Positions 1 through 9,689 of a DNA stretch of 64,000 nt are shown here, piece by piece. The notes under the pieces are model-generated. The model was not told the DNA's origin, made no database searches, and saw only the letters and a list, made by a program, of their open reading frames with translations. How positions within the stretch are numbered: position 1 is the first letter of the stretch; every line of letters begins with the position of its first letter. The DNA lies in NCBI GenBank assembly GCA_963771465.1, contig CAVYTU010000015.1:64001-128000 (forward strand), in the 5' to 3' direction. This DNA comes from an uncultured delta proteobacterium (GTDB lineage Bacteria > Desulfobacterota > Binatia > UBA9968). The position numbers and the translations under genes are program-made.

Positions 1-1
1 T

Positions 2-133
2 TCCCATTATCACATCGCCGTAGCGCTGGGAACGATCACTGCGGCCAAAACAGCGAATGCCGAAGAATTCGTCGATAGCAGTTTTCTCGAAGAACTAAAC
101 ACGTCACGTTACATCGACGGACTGTTTAGATAA
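2..133 (+). CDS. 3' end of a NitT/TauT-type ABC substrate-binding protein (partial, runs off window)
   Basis: Frame 2 reads ...AAKTANAEEFVDSSFLEELNTSRYIDGLFR-TAA(131-133), which resembles the C-terminus of the SBP at 9690-10667 (AAKTAKPEQFVDLRFLDTLEKSG). Confidence 0.6.
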   Translation, partial: SHYHIAVALGTITAAKTANAEEFVDSSFLEELNTSRYIDGLFR

Positions 134-148
134 CGGAAAAATGGGGCT

Positions 149-210
149 GATGGAGTAATGGAGTGTTGGTTGTGGATGAAGCTCATCACTCCAGTTCTCA
201 AACACTCCAA
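149..210. repeat. Inverted element made of 8-bp units (TGGAGTAA/TGGAGTGT ... CACTCCA)
   Basis: gatggagtaatggagtgttgg followed by catcactccagttctcaaacactccaa, between convergent genes. Confidence 0.6.
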
Positions 211-216
211 TTGTCC

Positions 217-1266
217 TTACTCCGCTCCTAACAATTTTTTCATCCGCGCAATGATATCAGCCGGCTGACTCATGACGTCCTTGACGATTTTTTCCAGCTC
301 CTCACCTTTGACCGGATCGAGGTCGAAATTCCGCTTGTCTAAGTCAGCCAAGAACTCTTTGTCTTCCATGGTTCTATTAAATGCGTCACGCAATACTTTC
401 ACCCGATCCGCCGCCATCCCCGGCGCGCCAAGCATCGGCCGACCCAAAGCGCCCGACGCCAGCATGATGCTCGCAAGCCGCCGTCCCGCTTCCGGCGTCT
501 TGTATTTATCCATCAGTTCCCAAACCGTTGGCGTCTCCGGCAACTTTCGATCGCGCTTCTTGCCGGTCTGAATGATGTTACGAACGAAACCGTTCTTACG
601 CCAGGTATGATACGGCTCCCGCGATAAGAACGCCTCGATGGTAAATGCCCGGCAATGAATCTCGCCTCTTTCAACCGCCAGATCGATCTCCGGACCGCCC
701 GGATAGCCTTGCACGAGGTTAAACTTCGTGCCGATCACTTCCTCGAACAGCTTGGGCAGATAATACGCCGAGTCCGATGTCCCTTGTGCTCCACAGCGCG
801 GCGGCTCCTTGGCGCTTCGCACATCTTCGATGGTCTTGTACGGCGTGTCCGCGCGCATGTACATCTGCGAGTCGCCCTGTACCGGCGAGCCGATCCACAT
901 AAACTTCGCCCAATCGAATTGCGCTTCCTTGCGCCCGACTAACTGATCGAAATAAAGTGTCGGCACGATCGAACCGATAATCGTTAAACCATCGGGTTTA
1001 GCCTTGTTGTACAGATAATTCGCCGCGATCATATGACCCGCGCCCGGCATGTTTTGCACGATCATTTCCGGACGCCCCGGAATATGTTTCCCCATATGCT
1101 GCGCCAAAACGCGCGACCATTGATCGTATAACGCCCCGGCGGTCGTGCCGGCGACGACGGTAATGGTTTTACCTTTGTAAAAATCCGCTTGGGCGAACGC
1201 TGGCACGGACCAGCCGAGGATGGCGATCGCTAACGTTGCGGCGAAACATTTTACGTCCAGTCTCAT
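217..1266 (-). CDS. Tripartite tricarboxylate transporter substrate-binding protein (TctC/Bug family)
   Basis: Signal peptide, FYKGKTITVV, QNMPGAG, KPDGLTI and GYPGG motifs; RBS GGAGG. Confidence 0.9.
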   Translation of the reverse strand: MRLDVKCFAATLAIAILGWSVPAFAQADFYKGKTITVVAGTTAGALYDQWSRVLAQHMGKHIPGRPEMIVQNMPGAGHMIAANYLYNKAKPDGLTIIGSIVPTLYFDQLVGRKEAQFDWAKFMWIGSPVQGDSQMYMRADTPYKTIEDVRSAKEPPRCGAQGTSDSAYYLPKLFEEVIGTKFNLVQGYPGGPEIDLAVERGEIHCRAFTIEAFLSREPYHTWRKNGFVRNIIQTGKKRDRKLPETPTVWELMDKYKTPEAGRRLASIMLASGALGRPMLGAPGMAADRVKVLRDAFNRTMEDKEFLADLDKRNFDLDPVKGEELEKIVKDVMSQPADIIARMKKLLGAE

Positions 1267-1433
1267 GCAAACCTCCTAAGAGTAACCCAATGGAAGCGTA
1301 GCGTAACACGACATTGAGGACAATCAACGCAGAACGATCGCTTGAAAACAACGCGATAAACGGCGAGCCGATCCCAATCTTGCTGATGCGAAGTGAAAAA
1401 TTCACCTCCCGCAAATTGAAAACAAGGAATCAT

Positions 1434-1868
1434 CTATCGGCTCAACACGCTGTCGATCGACAATGGGCCGGCGCCGCCAACCATGACCGCCAACGCCATG
1501 AGGAATAGCGCGAGCGTGTACTCGATGCCGCTGCCCTTGCCGGGTGCCGACGCGAGAAAGAAACCGTGGCTCCAATGACTCAAGACCATCGCAAAGCCGA
1601 TGAAAACGGCCAAGCAAAACGCCACCGGCCTGACGAAAAAACCCAGTGTCATCGACACCACCGTCGAAAGCTCGATCACCAGAGCGAAGACACCCATCGG
1701 CACCGGGATGTGATACTTATCGCGCCAGTTGGTCACCTGCGCCTTGGGTCCTTTGCCACCATGCCAGCCAAATGCGTGCTGCGTGCCATGCATGAAAAAC
1801 GTCACCGCCAAACCGAACCGCAAAATGACAAACGCGAATGAATCATAGGTGTGAAATATCCAGTCCAC
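1434..1868 (-). CDS. DoxX family membrane protein
   Basis: LRFGLAVTFFMHG, four TM segments, GIEYTL and GAGPLSID tail. Confidence 0.85.
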   Translation of the reverse strand: MDWIFHTYDSFAFVILRFGLAVTFFMHGTQHAFGWHGGKGPKAQVTNWRDKYHIPVPMGVFALVIELSTVVSMTLGFFVRPVAFCLAVFIGFAMVLSHWSHGFFLASAPGKGSGIEYTLALFLMALAVMVGGAGPLSIDSVLSR

Positions 1869-2024
1869 TGTTCCTCTCCCTTTCTAGGAATCGACGAGCA
1901 ATATCTTAGCGAGCCGCTCGACCATAGCAGAAGCTGTGAAAAGATTGCAAAACATCTTTGAAACAGCATAAACCTTGATGGGAGCTTGACGAGCCGATCG
2001 TGGATTAACCAAGGAGCTCATGCC

Positions 2025-3092
2025 ATGCAAATCATCGACGCCGACGGACACATCAACGACCACGCTTGCGGTGACGAGATCGCCGAATACATGCCCAAGG
2101 GCAATCAGATGGCGAAACTGTTTCCTGAGTTCGATCATTTGCACTTTCGCTATTTGAAGCAGAACCGCCGCGCCACCGGCAATCCGTCGGCGCAGGATTG
2201 GAATGCATTCTTAGACAAGACCGAAATTAGCTGGACCGTGCTCTATCCCACCGCCGGTCTCGCGATTGGCAGAATCATGGCGCCGGATTGGGCGATCATC
2301 GCTTGCAGAGCTTACAACACTTGGCTGTACGAAAAGTTTCTCAGCAAGAACTCGCGGCTCAAAGGTGTGGCGCTGATTCCGTTCCAAGACGTCGATGCGG
2401 CAATTGTCGAACTGCGCCGCGCGGTCAAAGAGCTCGGCATGCTCGGCGCCATGCTGCCGTCCAACGGCGAAGCGATTCAAGGCCATCTCGGCAATAAACT
2501 ATATTGGCCGCTGTACGAAGAAGCGGAAAAGCTCGGCTGCGCCCTGGCCGTCCACGTAGGCGCGCTCCATCACATGGGTCTCGACGCTTTCACGACGTAT
2601 TATCCGGCGCACGCTCTTGGCCATCCATTCAGTCTGATGATCCAGGCCTCGGCGATGATCGCCCACGGAGTTTTCGATCGCTTTCCCAAGCTGCGCGTCG
2701 CGTTTCTCGAAGGCGGCGCCACCTGGGTGCCGTTCATGATGGACCGGCTCGACCGCTCCTATCACGACGGACACGTGCAGTTAGATGTGAACGGCAATCT
2801 GCTCGGCGGACCGAAGCAGGGTGAAAAAGCCAGCGACTATTTCAAGAAGCAGTTACGCGAAGGGAGAATTTTTGTCGGCTTCGATTGCGACGACGACGGT
2901 TTGAACACCGCCGTGGCCAAAGGCGGCCGCCAATCATTTCTATTCGGCAGCGATTTTCCTCATGAGGTCTTCGACGCCGCCAAGTGCCGCCACGAGATAG
3001 ACGAGTTGTTGGAGCGCAATGACCTGACGCAAGAAGACAAGGAAGCTATCCTTGGCGGCAATGCGCTAAGGTTTTACCGCCCGGCGCTCTAG
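2025..3092 (+). CDS. Amidohydrolase family protein (Amidohydro_2)
   Basis: IIDADGH, VH, FLEGG and FGSDFPH motifs; ATG 2025 follows AAGGAG. Confidence 0.9.
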   Translation: MQIIDADGHINDHACGDEIAEYMPKGNQMAKLFPEFDHLHFRYLKQNRRATGNPSAQDWNAFLDKTEISWTVLYPTAGLAIGRIMAPDWAIIACRAYNTWLYEKFLSKNSRLKGVALIPFQDVDAAIVELRRAVKELGMLGAMLPSNGEAIQGHLGNKLYWPLYEEAEKLGCALAVHVGALHHMGLDAFTTYYPAHALGHPFSLMIQASAMIAHGVFDRFPKLRVAFLEGGATWVPFMMDRLDRSYHDGHVQLDVNGNLLGGPKQGEKASDYFKKQLREGRIFVGFDCDDDGLNTAVAKGGRQSFLFGSDFPHEVFDAAKCRHEIDELLERNDLTQEDKEAILGGNALRFYRPAL

Positions 3093-3131
3093 CATTCGTA
3101 CCCAACGCTTCATTGAGTCGTGCCTTTCTTC

Positions 3132-3277
3132 TTCCCCCTTTTGGAAAAGGGGGACTGAGGGGGATTTGTTGGCGCGGCGGGACGGTGTTCATTGAAACGT
3201 AACGGGTAACTATTGAGACGTTAGCGCTAACTGCACAAAAGAAAATCTCCCCTATCCCCTCTTTTCTAAAGAGGGGG
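3132..3277. repeat. REP-like doublet CCCCCTTT-nn-AAAGGGGG / AAATCTCCCC
   Basis: cccccttttggaaaagggggactgagggggattt ... aaatctcccctatcccctcttttctaaagagggg; same family at 5767-5857 and 7578-7621. Confidence 0.8.
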
Positions 3278-3403
3278 CATCAAAAAACTAACGCTTCGCT
3301 CTCGGTCGATCAGTGGTTGGCGTGTTTTCGACATCCAAAGTGTCAAGACACCAACTTTCGGTGGCGACTCAGTTTGCACGGTGAATTTTTTCGACACCAC
3401 TCT

Positions 3404-4561
3404 CTAGCCAAGCAGCGATTTCGCTCCAGCCGCCGTCACCTGGAAACTGTCGCCGTAGAGAACGATCTTCCCTTCGGTCTCGATCGTCACGCGCAGCGCC
3501 AGCGTCATGTTTTCATTCAGCGTCGTCGCACCGACGGACGGCGCGCCTACCTGCGCGGCGTCATCGAGATTCAGAAACGGCGCTTCCCACTGATTGAGAC
3601 CGATACCGTTGGCGAAACCGTAAACCGACGCCGTGGTGTAAAACTCGCCAAGTTCTTTGCGCGCCGTCTCATCAATCGCCGCGACGGCGCCCTTGGGTTT
3701 CAATTGTCGCATCATCGCCGCGACAATTTCTTGCGCCCTATTGTAAGTATTCTTGAGCTTCGCATCGTTGGACAGAAAGTAAGTCCGGCACGCTTCGGCC
3801 CAATAACGTTCATGCTGCACGGCGAAATAAACCGCCCAGTGCGATCCGACGCTCGCCGCTTGCTTGAAGCTCGGCGGATTCAAGCGCCGCTCGCCATAGA
3901 GAATGCGAATATCCTCGGCGCCTTTGTCGCGCGCCAGACGATCGATGTCGGCGACGATTTCATATTCTTTCCGACCCGGCTTGATAAAATCCCTCGCGCC
4001 GTCGCAAACCTCGTTGAGCAAGCGGCCGGCTTCGCCCATGGCGGCAAGTTCCCGCGCGCTCTTGTTGAGCCGCATCGGTTGAAACAACGAGGGCATATTT
4101 TCCCAGCGCACATCCGGCAGGGCATTTTTCATTTCCTCCAACTGCGGCAGCGGAAATCCCTGGCCGGAATCGACCAAGCCGAGCCGAGCTTTTTGGAAAC
4201 CTTTTTCCTTTAACAACTTGGCGCCGTCGGCACCGACCAAGTTCGACGCGCGCACGTCTTCGACCCAGGTGAGCGTTTTAGCGAACGGCACGTCGCGGCT
4301 GCCGATATTGAGCAAGAGCGAGAGCGCGCCGTCGCGCGGCACCACGGCGATGCCGCCGCGAACCTTGGGAAAATAGTTGGTGAGATAACAAAGATCGGCG
4401 AAGGAATAGTTATCGCCGTAGATAACCAGCGCGTCGAGATCGCGCTCGGTCATTTCCTTACGCACCCGCTCGAGCCGCGCCTGGAACTCCGCCTGCGGCA
4501 CTTGCGTTGAGTCCCAAGTCGAACACCCTCTTTTCAATACCGAATGTCGTCCGAAAATCAT
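3404..4561 (-). CDS. M24 (Xaa-Pro peptidase/creatinase) fold protein with degenerate metal site
   Basis: Creatinase_N-like N-terminus (ARLERVRKEM..DLDALVIYG), KSARE hinge and pita-bread domain; canonical ligands replaced (ANGIGL, LALRV). Confidence 0.8.
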   Translation of the reverse strand: MIFGRHSVLKRGCSTWDSTQVPQAEFQARLERVRKEMTERDLDALVIYGDNYSFADLCYLTNYFPKVRGGIAVVPRDGALSLLLNIGSRDVPFAKTLTWVEDVRASNLVGADGAKLLKEKGFQKARLGLVDSGQGFPLPQLEEMKNALPDVRWENMPSLFQPMRLNKSARELAAMGEAGRLLNEVCDGARDFIKPGRKEYEIVADIDRLARDKGAEDIRILYGERRLNPPSFKQAASVGSHWAVYFAVQHERYWAEACRTYFLSNDAKLKNTYNRAQEIVAAMMRQLKPKGAVAAIDETARKELGEFYTTASVYGFANGIGLNQWEAPFLNLDDAAQVGAPSVGATTLNENMTLALRVTIETEGKIVLYGDSFQVTAAGAKSLLG

Positions 4562-4595
4562 CTCAACCTCAGCTAGTCCGAAGCCGAATCACGAC

Positions 4596-4629
4596 TTGAA
4601 CATTTTGAACGGCTTGAACGATTGGAACG
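4596..4629. repeat. 9-bp period tandem repeat (TTGAACnnn) x4
   Basis: ttgaacatt ttgaacggc ttgaacgat tggaacg; family also at 20044-20070 and 25594-25650. Confidence 0.7.
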
Positions 4630-4632
4630 CGT

Positions 4633-5742
4633 TCATTCTTTTACAAAAATATCCCACGACGACTTCATCAACGATTCGGCTTTCGTCTTACCCATCACGA
4701 CGGTATCACCGAGCGTTAAATAACCCGTCTCCGGCAAGTATTGATTGGGATGAATAATGAAAGTCATGCCCTCTTCGAGCTTGGTTTTGTTCTCGTCTTC
4801 CAAACTTCCCGGCGCGAAGGAGCCACAGCCGAGGCCGTGGCCGCGCACACGCATGAACGGCGGGCGGCAATACTGTTCGTAGCCGAACTCGATGAAAGTC
4901 CCGTTAATCGCTTTGGCCACCGCGCTCGCCGGCGCGCCGGTTTGTGCCGCCGCCATACCCAAACCCATCGCTTTGTGCAGGATCGAGTACTTCTCGCGCA
5001 CCAGCGGCGGCGGCTCGCCCAATACAACGGTGCGGCATATCTGCACGAACAGTCCGCCGATACACGGCGTGATCTCGCCGATGATGATATCGCCCGGTTG
5101 GGTGACGCGGTCGGTGGCCGGATGGAGCGCTTGGTTGTGGCCATTGGCGACTACCATGCCAAAATTATCTTCCGCGCCGAGCGAACGCATGCGGTGCTCG
5201 ACGATCGCCGCAAGCTCATACTCTTTCAAACCGGGGCGCGCGTCCTCGTGCAATGCCGTGACACCCGCATCGGCGATGGCCGCAGCGCGCCGCAATCGTT
5301 CCAGCTCGAGCGGGCCTTTGCAGCGCGCCATGGTTTCGATGATGTCCTTGGCGTTGACCGGGGTTTGCTTGAGCGACGTGGCGATCTCGTCGTGTAGGTC
5401 GACGTGCATCGCTTCGCGGCCGATCAAACCAACCTTGCCGGCAATTTGCGGCAAGCGTGAGTGAAATTCTTTGAACGGGCGGACATCGGCAACAAAGGAT
5501 TCCTCGCGCGCGCGGGCGATATCCCAGACCGGCGCGAGATAAAGCACCGGCGCATCTTCCAGCGGCACGACGAGCATGGTCTCTGGACCGACGCTGATAA
5601 AATCGGTCAGATAGGCGACATAGTTCATGCGCAAAAAATTATGCCGCCCCGAATCGTGCACGAGCAGAGTTTGCAATCCTTGATCGCGCATCGCTTGACG
5701 AACTTGAGTTAAACGCTTATCGAATTCCGCTCGTTCATCCAT
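4633..5742 (-). CDS. M24 family peptidase-fold protein
   Basis: KGPLELERLRRAA, QICRT, RGHGLG, HPNQY and GDTV motifs; ATG 5742 (or GTG 5748). Confidence 0.85.
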   Translation of the reverse strand: MDERAEFDKRLTQVRQAMRDQGLQTLLVHDSGRHNFLRMNYVAYLTDFISVGPETMLVVPLEDAPVLYLAPVWDIARAREESFVADVRPFKEFHSRLPQIAGKVGLIGREAMHVDLHDEIATSLKQTPVNAKDIIETMARCKGPLELERLRRAAAIADAGVTALHEDARPGLKEYELAAIVEHRMRSLGAEDNFGMVVANGHNQALHPATDRVTQPGDIIIGEITPCIGGLFVQICRTVVLGEPPPLVREKYSILHKAMGLGMAAAQTGAPASAVAKAINGTFIEFGYEQYCRPPFMRVRGHGLGCGSFAPGSLEDENKTKLEEGMTFIIHPNQYLPETGYLTLGDTVVMGKTKAESLMKSSWDIFVKE

Positions 5743-5766
5743 ATTCACCTCTAAACTTTTTTCAGA

Positions 5767-5857
5767 AAATCTCCCCTAACCCCTCTTTTGCAAAGAGGGG
5801 AACAAGAATTCTCTGGGTAAAATTCCCCCTTTGAAAAAGGGGGATTAAGGGGGATTT
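5767..5857. repeat. REP-like doublet (same family as 3132-3277), overlapping the stop codon of the hydantoinase B gene
   Basis: aaatctcccctaacccctcttttgcaaagagggg ... ccccctttgaaaaagggggattaagggggattt. Confidence 0.8.
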
Positions 5858-7500
5858 GATACATAATCTAAGCGCCGATCCCGCTCAATAAATTCACCAC
5901 CACGTTCATCCACGGAACCGTATCCGCCGCCGCCCGCGGTATAAAACGTCACGCTGCCGCCTTGCTTTAGCGCATAGTTCGGTTTCTTGGTGAGCCACAC
6001 GCCGGGATCGCCCGGCGATTGTTTGACCAACGCTTTCGCCTTCTCGCCGCATTCGCCGCCGAATAGTCCCCATGGCGCCGTGCGTTGGCGTTCGACGTTG
6101 ATGTTGGTGGAGGCGTCACAGAGCACACGCACCGTGACTTCGATGCCTAAGCCGCCGCGGAATTTTCCGCCGCCGCCGCTGCCTGCGCGCAGCTGCTGGC
6201 GTTCGATGACGACAGGATAGTAAATTTCTTGCAGCTCCACCGGCGCGTTTTGCACATCGCCTTGGCACATCGACACGGTGGCGTTCTCGCCGTCTTCATG
6301 GGCGCGCCCGCCCCAGCCGCCGCCCATGATCGTTTGACAGAGAAATCGTCTGCCGGTTTTCGGATTGACACCGAAGAAGGCGTAGCCGCCCATATCGCCT
6401 TTGTGGCCCGCCGCAACTCGGTCCGGCAGCGCCGGCGCCAGCGCTTTGAGAATCAAATCGATCACCGTCGGCAAGGTGCGGCTCCAGTTGCCCACTGGAG
6501 ACGGCGTCGTCGCGCTCAAAATTTTTCCCTCGGGGATAACAACTTTCAATGCGCGAAAACAGCCTTCGTCGATGGGCGAGTACGGACTGACCAGCGACTT
6601 GAATGCGACCCGCGCCGCGGCCACAGCGCCGGACTCGCCGGAATTGATCGAGCCCGGCACTTGATCGCTCATCTCTGAAAAATCGATCGTCATGTCGCTG
6701 CCGGCGACTTCGACTTTAACTTTCAACGGCACGGGCCGGTCGAGATCGACGCCATCGCTATCGAACAACGCTTCAGCTTCGTACTTGCCCGGCTTGATGC
6801 GTTGAACTTGTTGCCGCGCCAGCTCTTCGGACTGCCGCCAGATCGTCTTCACACACTGCAAAAAAGCTTTGAGGCCGTATCGCTGGACCAGCGCGCCGAG
6901 ACCGCGGTCACCGATCCGGCAGGCGGCTATCTGGGCGCGCAGATCGCCGAGGGAGGATTCGGCGAAACGGACATTGTCGGTAATGATCTGAAAAATTTCC
7001 TGATTGGGCTGCTCGCCGCGGTAAAGTTTCAACGAGCGAAATTGCAAACCTTCTTCGTAAACTTCCCGCGTGCCGCTGAAACCGAATCCCGTCGGTCGGC
7101 CGCCGATATCGATCCAATGCGCGCGCACGGCGAGAAACGCCACCAGCGCGCCGTCGTGAAAGAACGGCGTGTAAACCACGACGTTGTTTAGATGCTGGCC
7201 GCAGACGTAGGGATGATTCATCAGCAGCACGTCGCCCGGCTGAAAGCCGTCGCGCCCGTGCATGCGCACGCCGTCGACGATCGCTGGTCCGAGATCTGCG
7301 AGAAAGATCGGCAGTGCGCCAAAATTTTGCGAGAGAATATTGCCGTCGGGATCGACGATGCCGACGCAATAGTCGCGCACCTCGTAGATCATCATGTTGT
7401 AGGAAGTCTTGCGCAGCACCGTCGCCATCTCGTTGGCGATATGTGCCAACCCGTTGCGTACGACTTCGACGGTGATCGGATTGACGGACGGTTGAGTCAT
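5845..7500 (-). CDS. Hydantoinase B / 5-oxoprolinase beta family protein
   Basis: NPITVEVVRN, NHPYVCGQHLNN, AHWIDIGG, GGGWGG, SGGGGKFRGG and TAGGGGYG motifs. Confidence 0.92.
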   Translation of the reverse strand: MTQPSVNPITVEVVRNGLAHIANEMATVLRKTSYNMMIYEVRDYCVGIVDPDGNILSQNFGALPIFLADLGPAIVDGVRMHGRDGFQPGDVLLMNHPYVCGQHLNNVVVYTPFFHDGALVAFLAVRAHWIDIGGRPTGFGFSGTREVYEEGLQFRSLKLYRGEQPNQEIFQIITDNVRFAESSLGDLRAQIAACRIGDRGLGALVQRYGLKAFLQCVKTIWRQSEELARQQVQRIKPGKYEAEALFDSDGVDLDRPVPLKVKVEVAGSDMTIDFSEMSDQVPGSINSGESGAVAAARVAFKSLVSPYSPIDEGCFRALKVVIPEGKILSATTPSPVGNWSRTLPTVIDLILKALAPALPDRVAAGHKGDMGGYAFFGVNPKTGRRFLCQTIMGGGWGGRAHEDGENATVSMCQGDVQNAPVELQEIYYPVVIERQQLRAGSGGGGKFRGGLGIEVTVRVLCDASTNINVERQRTAPWGLFGGECGEKAKALVKQSPGDPGVWLTKKPNYALKQGGSVTFYTAGGGGYGSVDERGGEFIERDRRLDYVSNPP

Positions 7501-7535
7501 TAGCTATCATCCAAGTTAACCAGATGTCGTCAGCG

Positions 7536-8432
7536 TTATCCCCAGGGTCTCGTCAAAGTCGCGTTGGGCAAGAGCAAAAATCCCTCTAAATCTCCCCTTT
7601 GAAAAAGGTCAGGGGAGATTTTCATAAAGAAATAACGCCATTTTTTTCTCGTCTGCCACACCGCCGACGCCGAGTGGATCGGCACCGTCGCTTCGCGCAG
7701 CGAGTAGAGATATTTGATCACGTCCTCGTTGGACATGTATTTGCTCATATCGTAGCGCTCGCGATGAACGATGTCGGCCAGCGGCCGGCGCACGCCGTCG
7801 CCGCGCGCGGAAACGTCGGGGTAACCGATGGGTATAATCAAGTAAAGTTTGAGCAGATCCGGCACGCCGAGAATCCGCTTGTGCGGCTCCTCGATATGGA
7901 TCGATACCCATTCGGAAGTGAGTCCCAGCGAGGCGATGGCGAGATGAAGCAAGAGGCAGGCGTTGGCCAGGCCGTCGGTCAAGTGCGATTGATCGCGGCC
8001 GAACGTATGCGCGCCCATCACCGTGCCCCATTGGCGCCGGCCGTCGCCGAGCACGACGATCACCGCCGGCGCTTGATGCCAGTTGGCCTTGGCTTTGTTG
8101 AAGCGCAGCGACTCGTGCGCATCGTTTTTCACCTGATAGGAGGGATGGCGCAGATTATACTCGCGTTGCTGCTCCATCCAAAAGATCAAGTCGGTGTTGT
8201 ATTCGGAGTAGGCGTCGCGCAGCTCTTTTTTGATCTTCGGATCGGTGACGACAATAAACTCCCACGGCTGCGAGTTCGCCCCCGACATCGCCCAACGAGC
8301 GACTTCGAGAATCTTGTCGATCGTATCGTCGGGAATCGGGTCGGGCTTGAACTTGCGCACGCTATGGCGCGTCCGCACCAGCTTGAGCAGCATGTCATAG
8401 GTTTCGTTGTGAATAATTTTATTGCTCGACAT
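7536..8432 (-). CDS. Nitroreductase family protein
   Basis: RHSVRKF, ARWAMSGANSQPWEF, A..LGL and IPIGYP motifs; the C-terminal ~35 aa run through a REP-like element. Confidence 0.9.
   Translation of the reverse strand: MSSNKIIHNETYDMLLKLVRTRHSVRKFKPDPIPDDTIDKILEVARWAMSGANSQPWEFIVVTDPKIKKELRDAYSEYNTDLIFWMEQQREYNLRHPSYQVKNDAHESLRFNKAKANWHQAPAVIVVLGDGRRQWGTVMGAHTFGRDQSHLTDGLANACLLLHLAIASLGLTSEWVSIHIEEPHKRILGVPDLLKLYLIIPIGYPDVSARGDGVRRPLADIVHRERYDMSKYMSNEDVIKYLYSLREATVPIHSASAVWQTRKKWRYFFMKISPDLFQRGDLEGFLLLPNATLTRPWG
7578..7621. repeat. REP-like element within the nitroreductase 3' end
   Basis: aaatccctctaaatctcccctttgaaaaaggtcaggggagattt. Confidence 0.7.
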
Positions 8433-8444
8433 TGAGTTTCTCCA

Positions 8445-9599
8445 TCAAACCGTCACAGAATTGCGCGCGCCATCACTTATCCATAGCGACAAAAATAAGT
8501 CAAAGCGTCTTCCGGCGGCAGCGTCCCGTCGTGCCGCGGGCGGTGCCGGCGATGCGCTTCGTGCTTTGATCGTCGCCCGGCCGATCAGTTGCCCACCTTC
8601 CGTTACCGCGTCGACCCGCACCTCAGCACCCGGCTCGATGACGTCGAATAAATAGTTCGTCCAAAGGCGAAAACCTTTTTCACGGCCGCCGGTGACTTCA
8701 ATGAACGGCGAGGCCCAAACCAGCTTATCGTTCTTATGCCAGCGGTGCTGGACCGTTTCTTTTAGCCCCAATGGCGCCTTGATCGGCGTCAATACATGGA
8801 GTTGGCGCGCCTGGCCGGGTTCCACGACAGTCAGTACCGGCGCGACCGCCTTCGACTCCGCCAGATATTCGCTCCCGAACTCGGCGGTCCGTAGATGCAG
8901 CGGCGCCGGAGGAATAAACAAACGCCCCACTTCGACCAGCGCCCCAAACAGCAGCGTGGAGCACAGGGCAAAAGCGTATTGCCGGCGTTTTGCCTGCGAG
9001 AAGGGCTGATAGATCGTGGAAAAACCGAGCGCCGCCAACACGGCGCTGATACGGGTAGCCCAGTTGTTGCCGATGCTCCACAACACCGGCAGCATGACGT
9101 TGAACAAGGCGAATAAATTGAAGGCAAAAAACGGCGCGGTCAGACTGCGCCGCACCGACAAATGGCGATCATACACCACGTCGAGCGTCGACAGCAGCGC
9201 CGAGATCGCCAGGAGCACGACGAAAATAAAATTCCACGACCAGCCGGTCGCGCTGCCATAGTAGATCGGCAGCACGAAGAATAGCACCTGCTGATAGAGA
9301 TTCTTATTGAATAAATTAACGAGCAGCCGCAGGCGCTCCGCCCAGCGCTCGGATAGCCATGGTTGATTCAACAGCTGCGGCAAATAAAGGCTGGAAATCC
9401 AGATGAAGCCGACGTGCAAAACCGCCACGCGCAAGTACGTATAATTGCGCGCGCCGAGCCACATGATACCGACACCCAGCAGCAGAGCATAAGTGCTGTG
9501 CAGCCACCAGAATTTATCTTTGTGGCGTTGAAACCAACTCAGCGACGAAGCTTGCGATGGATCAGCGGGATTTTCCCTGACGCTAGTAGACTGTGCCAT
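8445..9599 (-). CDS. Multi-pass membrane protein with C-terminal DUF2914-like beta domain
   Basis: About 7 TM segments, then TPIKAPLGLKETVQHRW...GGREKGFRLWT...RVDAVTEGGQLIGR, typical of DUF2914. Confidence 0.75.
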   Translation of the reverse strand: MAQSTSVRENPADPSQASSLSWFQRHKDKFWWLHSTYALLLGVGIMWLGARNYTYLRVAVLHVGFIWISSLYLPQLLNQPWLSERWAERLRLLVNLFNKNLYQQVLFFVLPIYYGSATGWSWNFIFVVLLAISALLSTLDVVYDRHLSVRRSLTAPFFAFNLFALFNVMLPVLWSIGNNWATRISAVLAALGFSTIYQPFSQAKRRQYAFALCSTLLFGALVEVGRLFIPPAPLHLRTAEFGSEYLAESKAVAPVLTVVEPGQARQLHVLTPIKAPLGLKETVQHRWHKNDKLVWASPFIEVTGGREKGFRLWTNYLFDVIEPGAEVRVDAVTEGGQLIGRATIKARSASPAPPAARRDAAAGRRFDLFLSLWISDGARNSVTV

Positions 9600-9609
9600 G
9601 TTGAACGCA

Positions 9610-9680
9610 GTAATGAGTAACGAATTATAAGTAAGTCGTGGCGAATTCCCCTTACCATTTACCTCTAACTCCTTACGTTA
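9610..9680. repeat. Degenerate inverted element of 7-bp units (GTAAnGA / TTAC)
   Basis: gtaatgagtaacgaattataagtaag ... cttaccatttacctctaactccttacgtta. Confidence 0.45.
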
Positions 9681-9689
9681 TTTTGAAAC

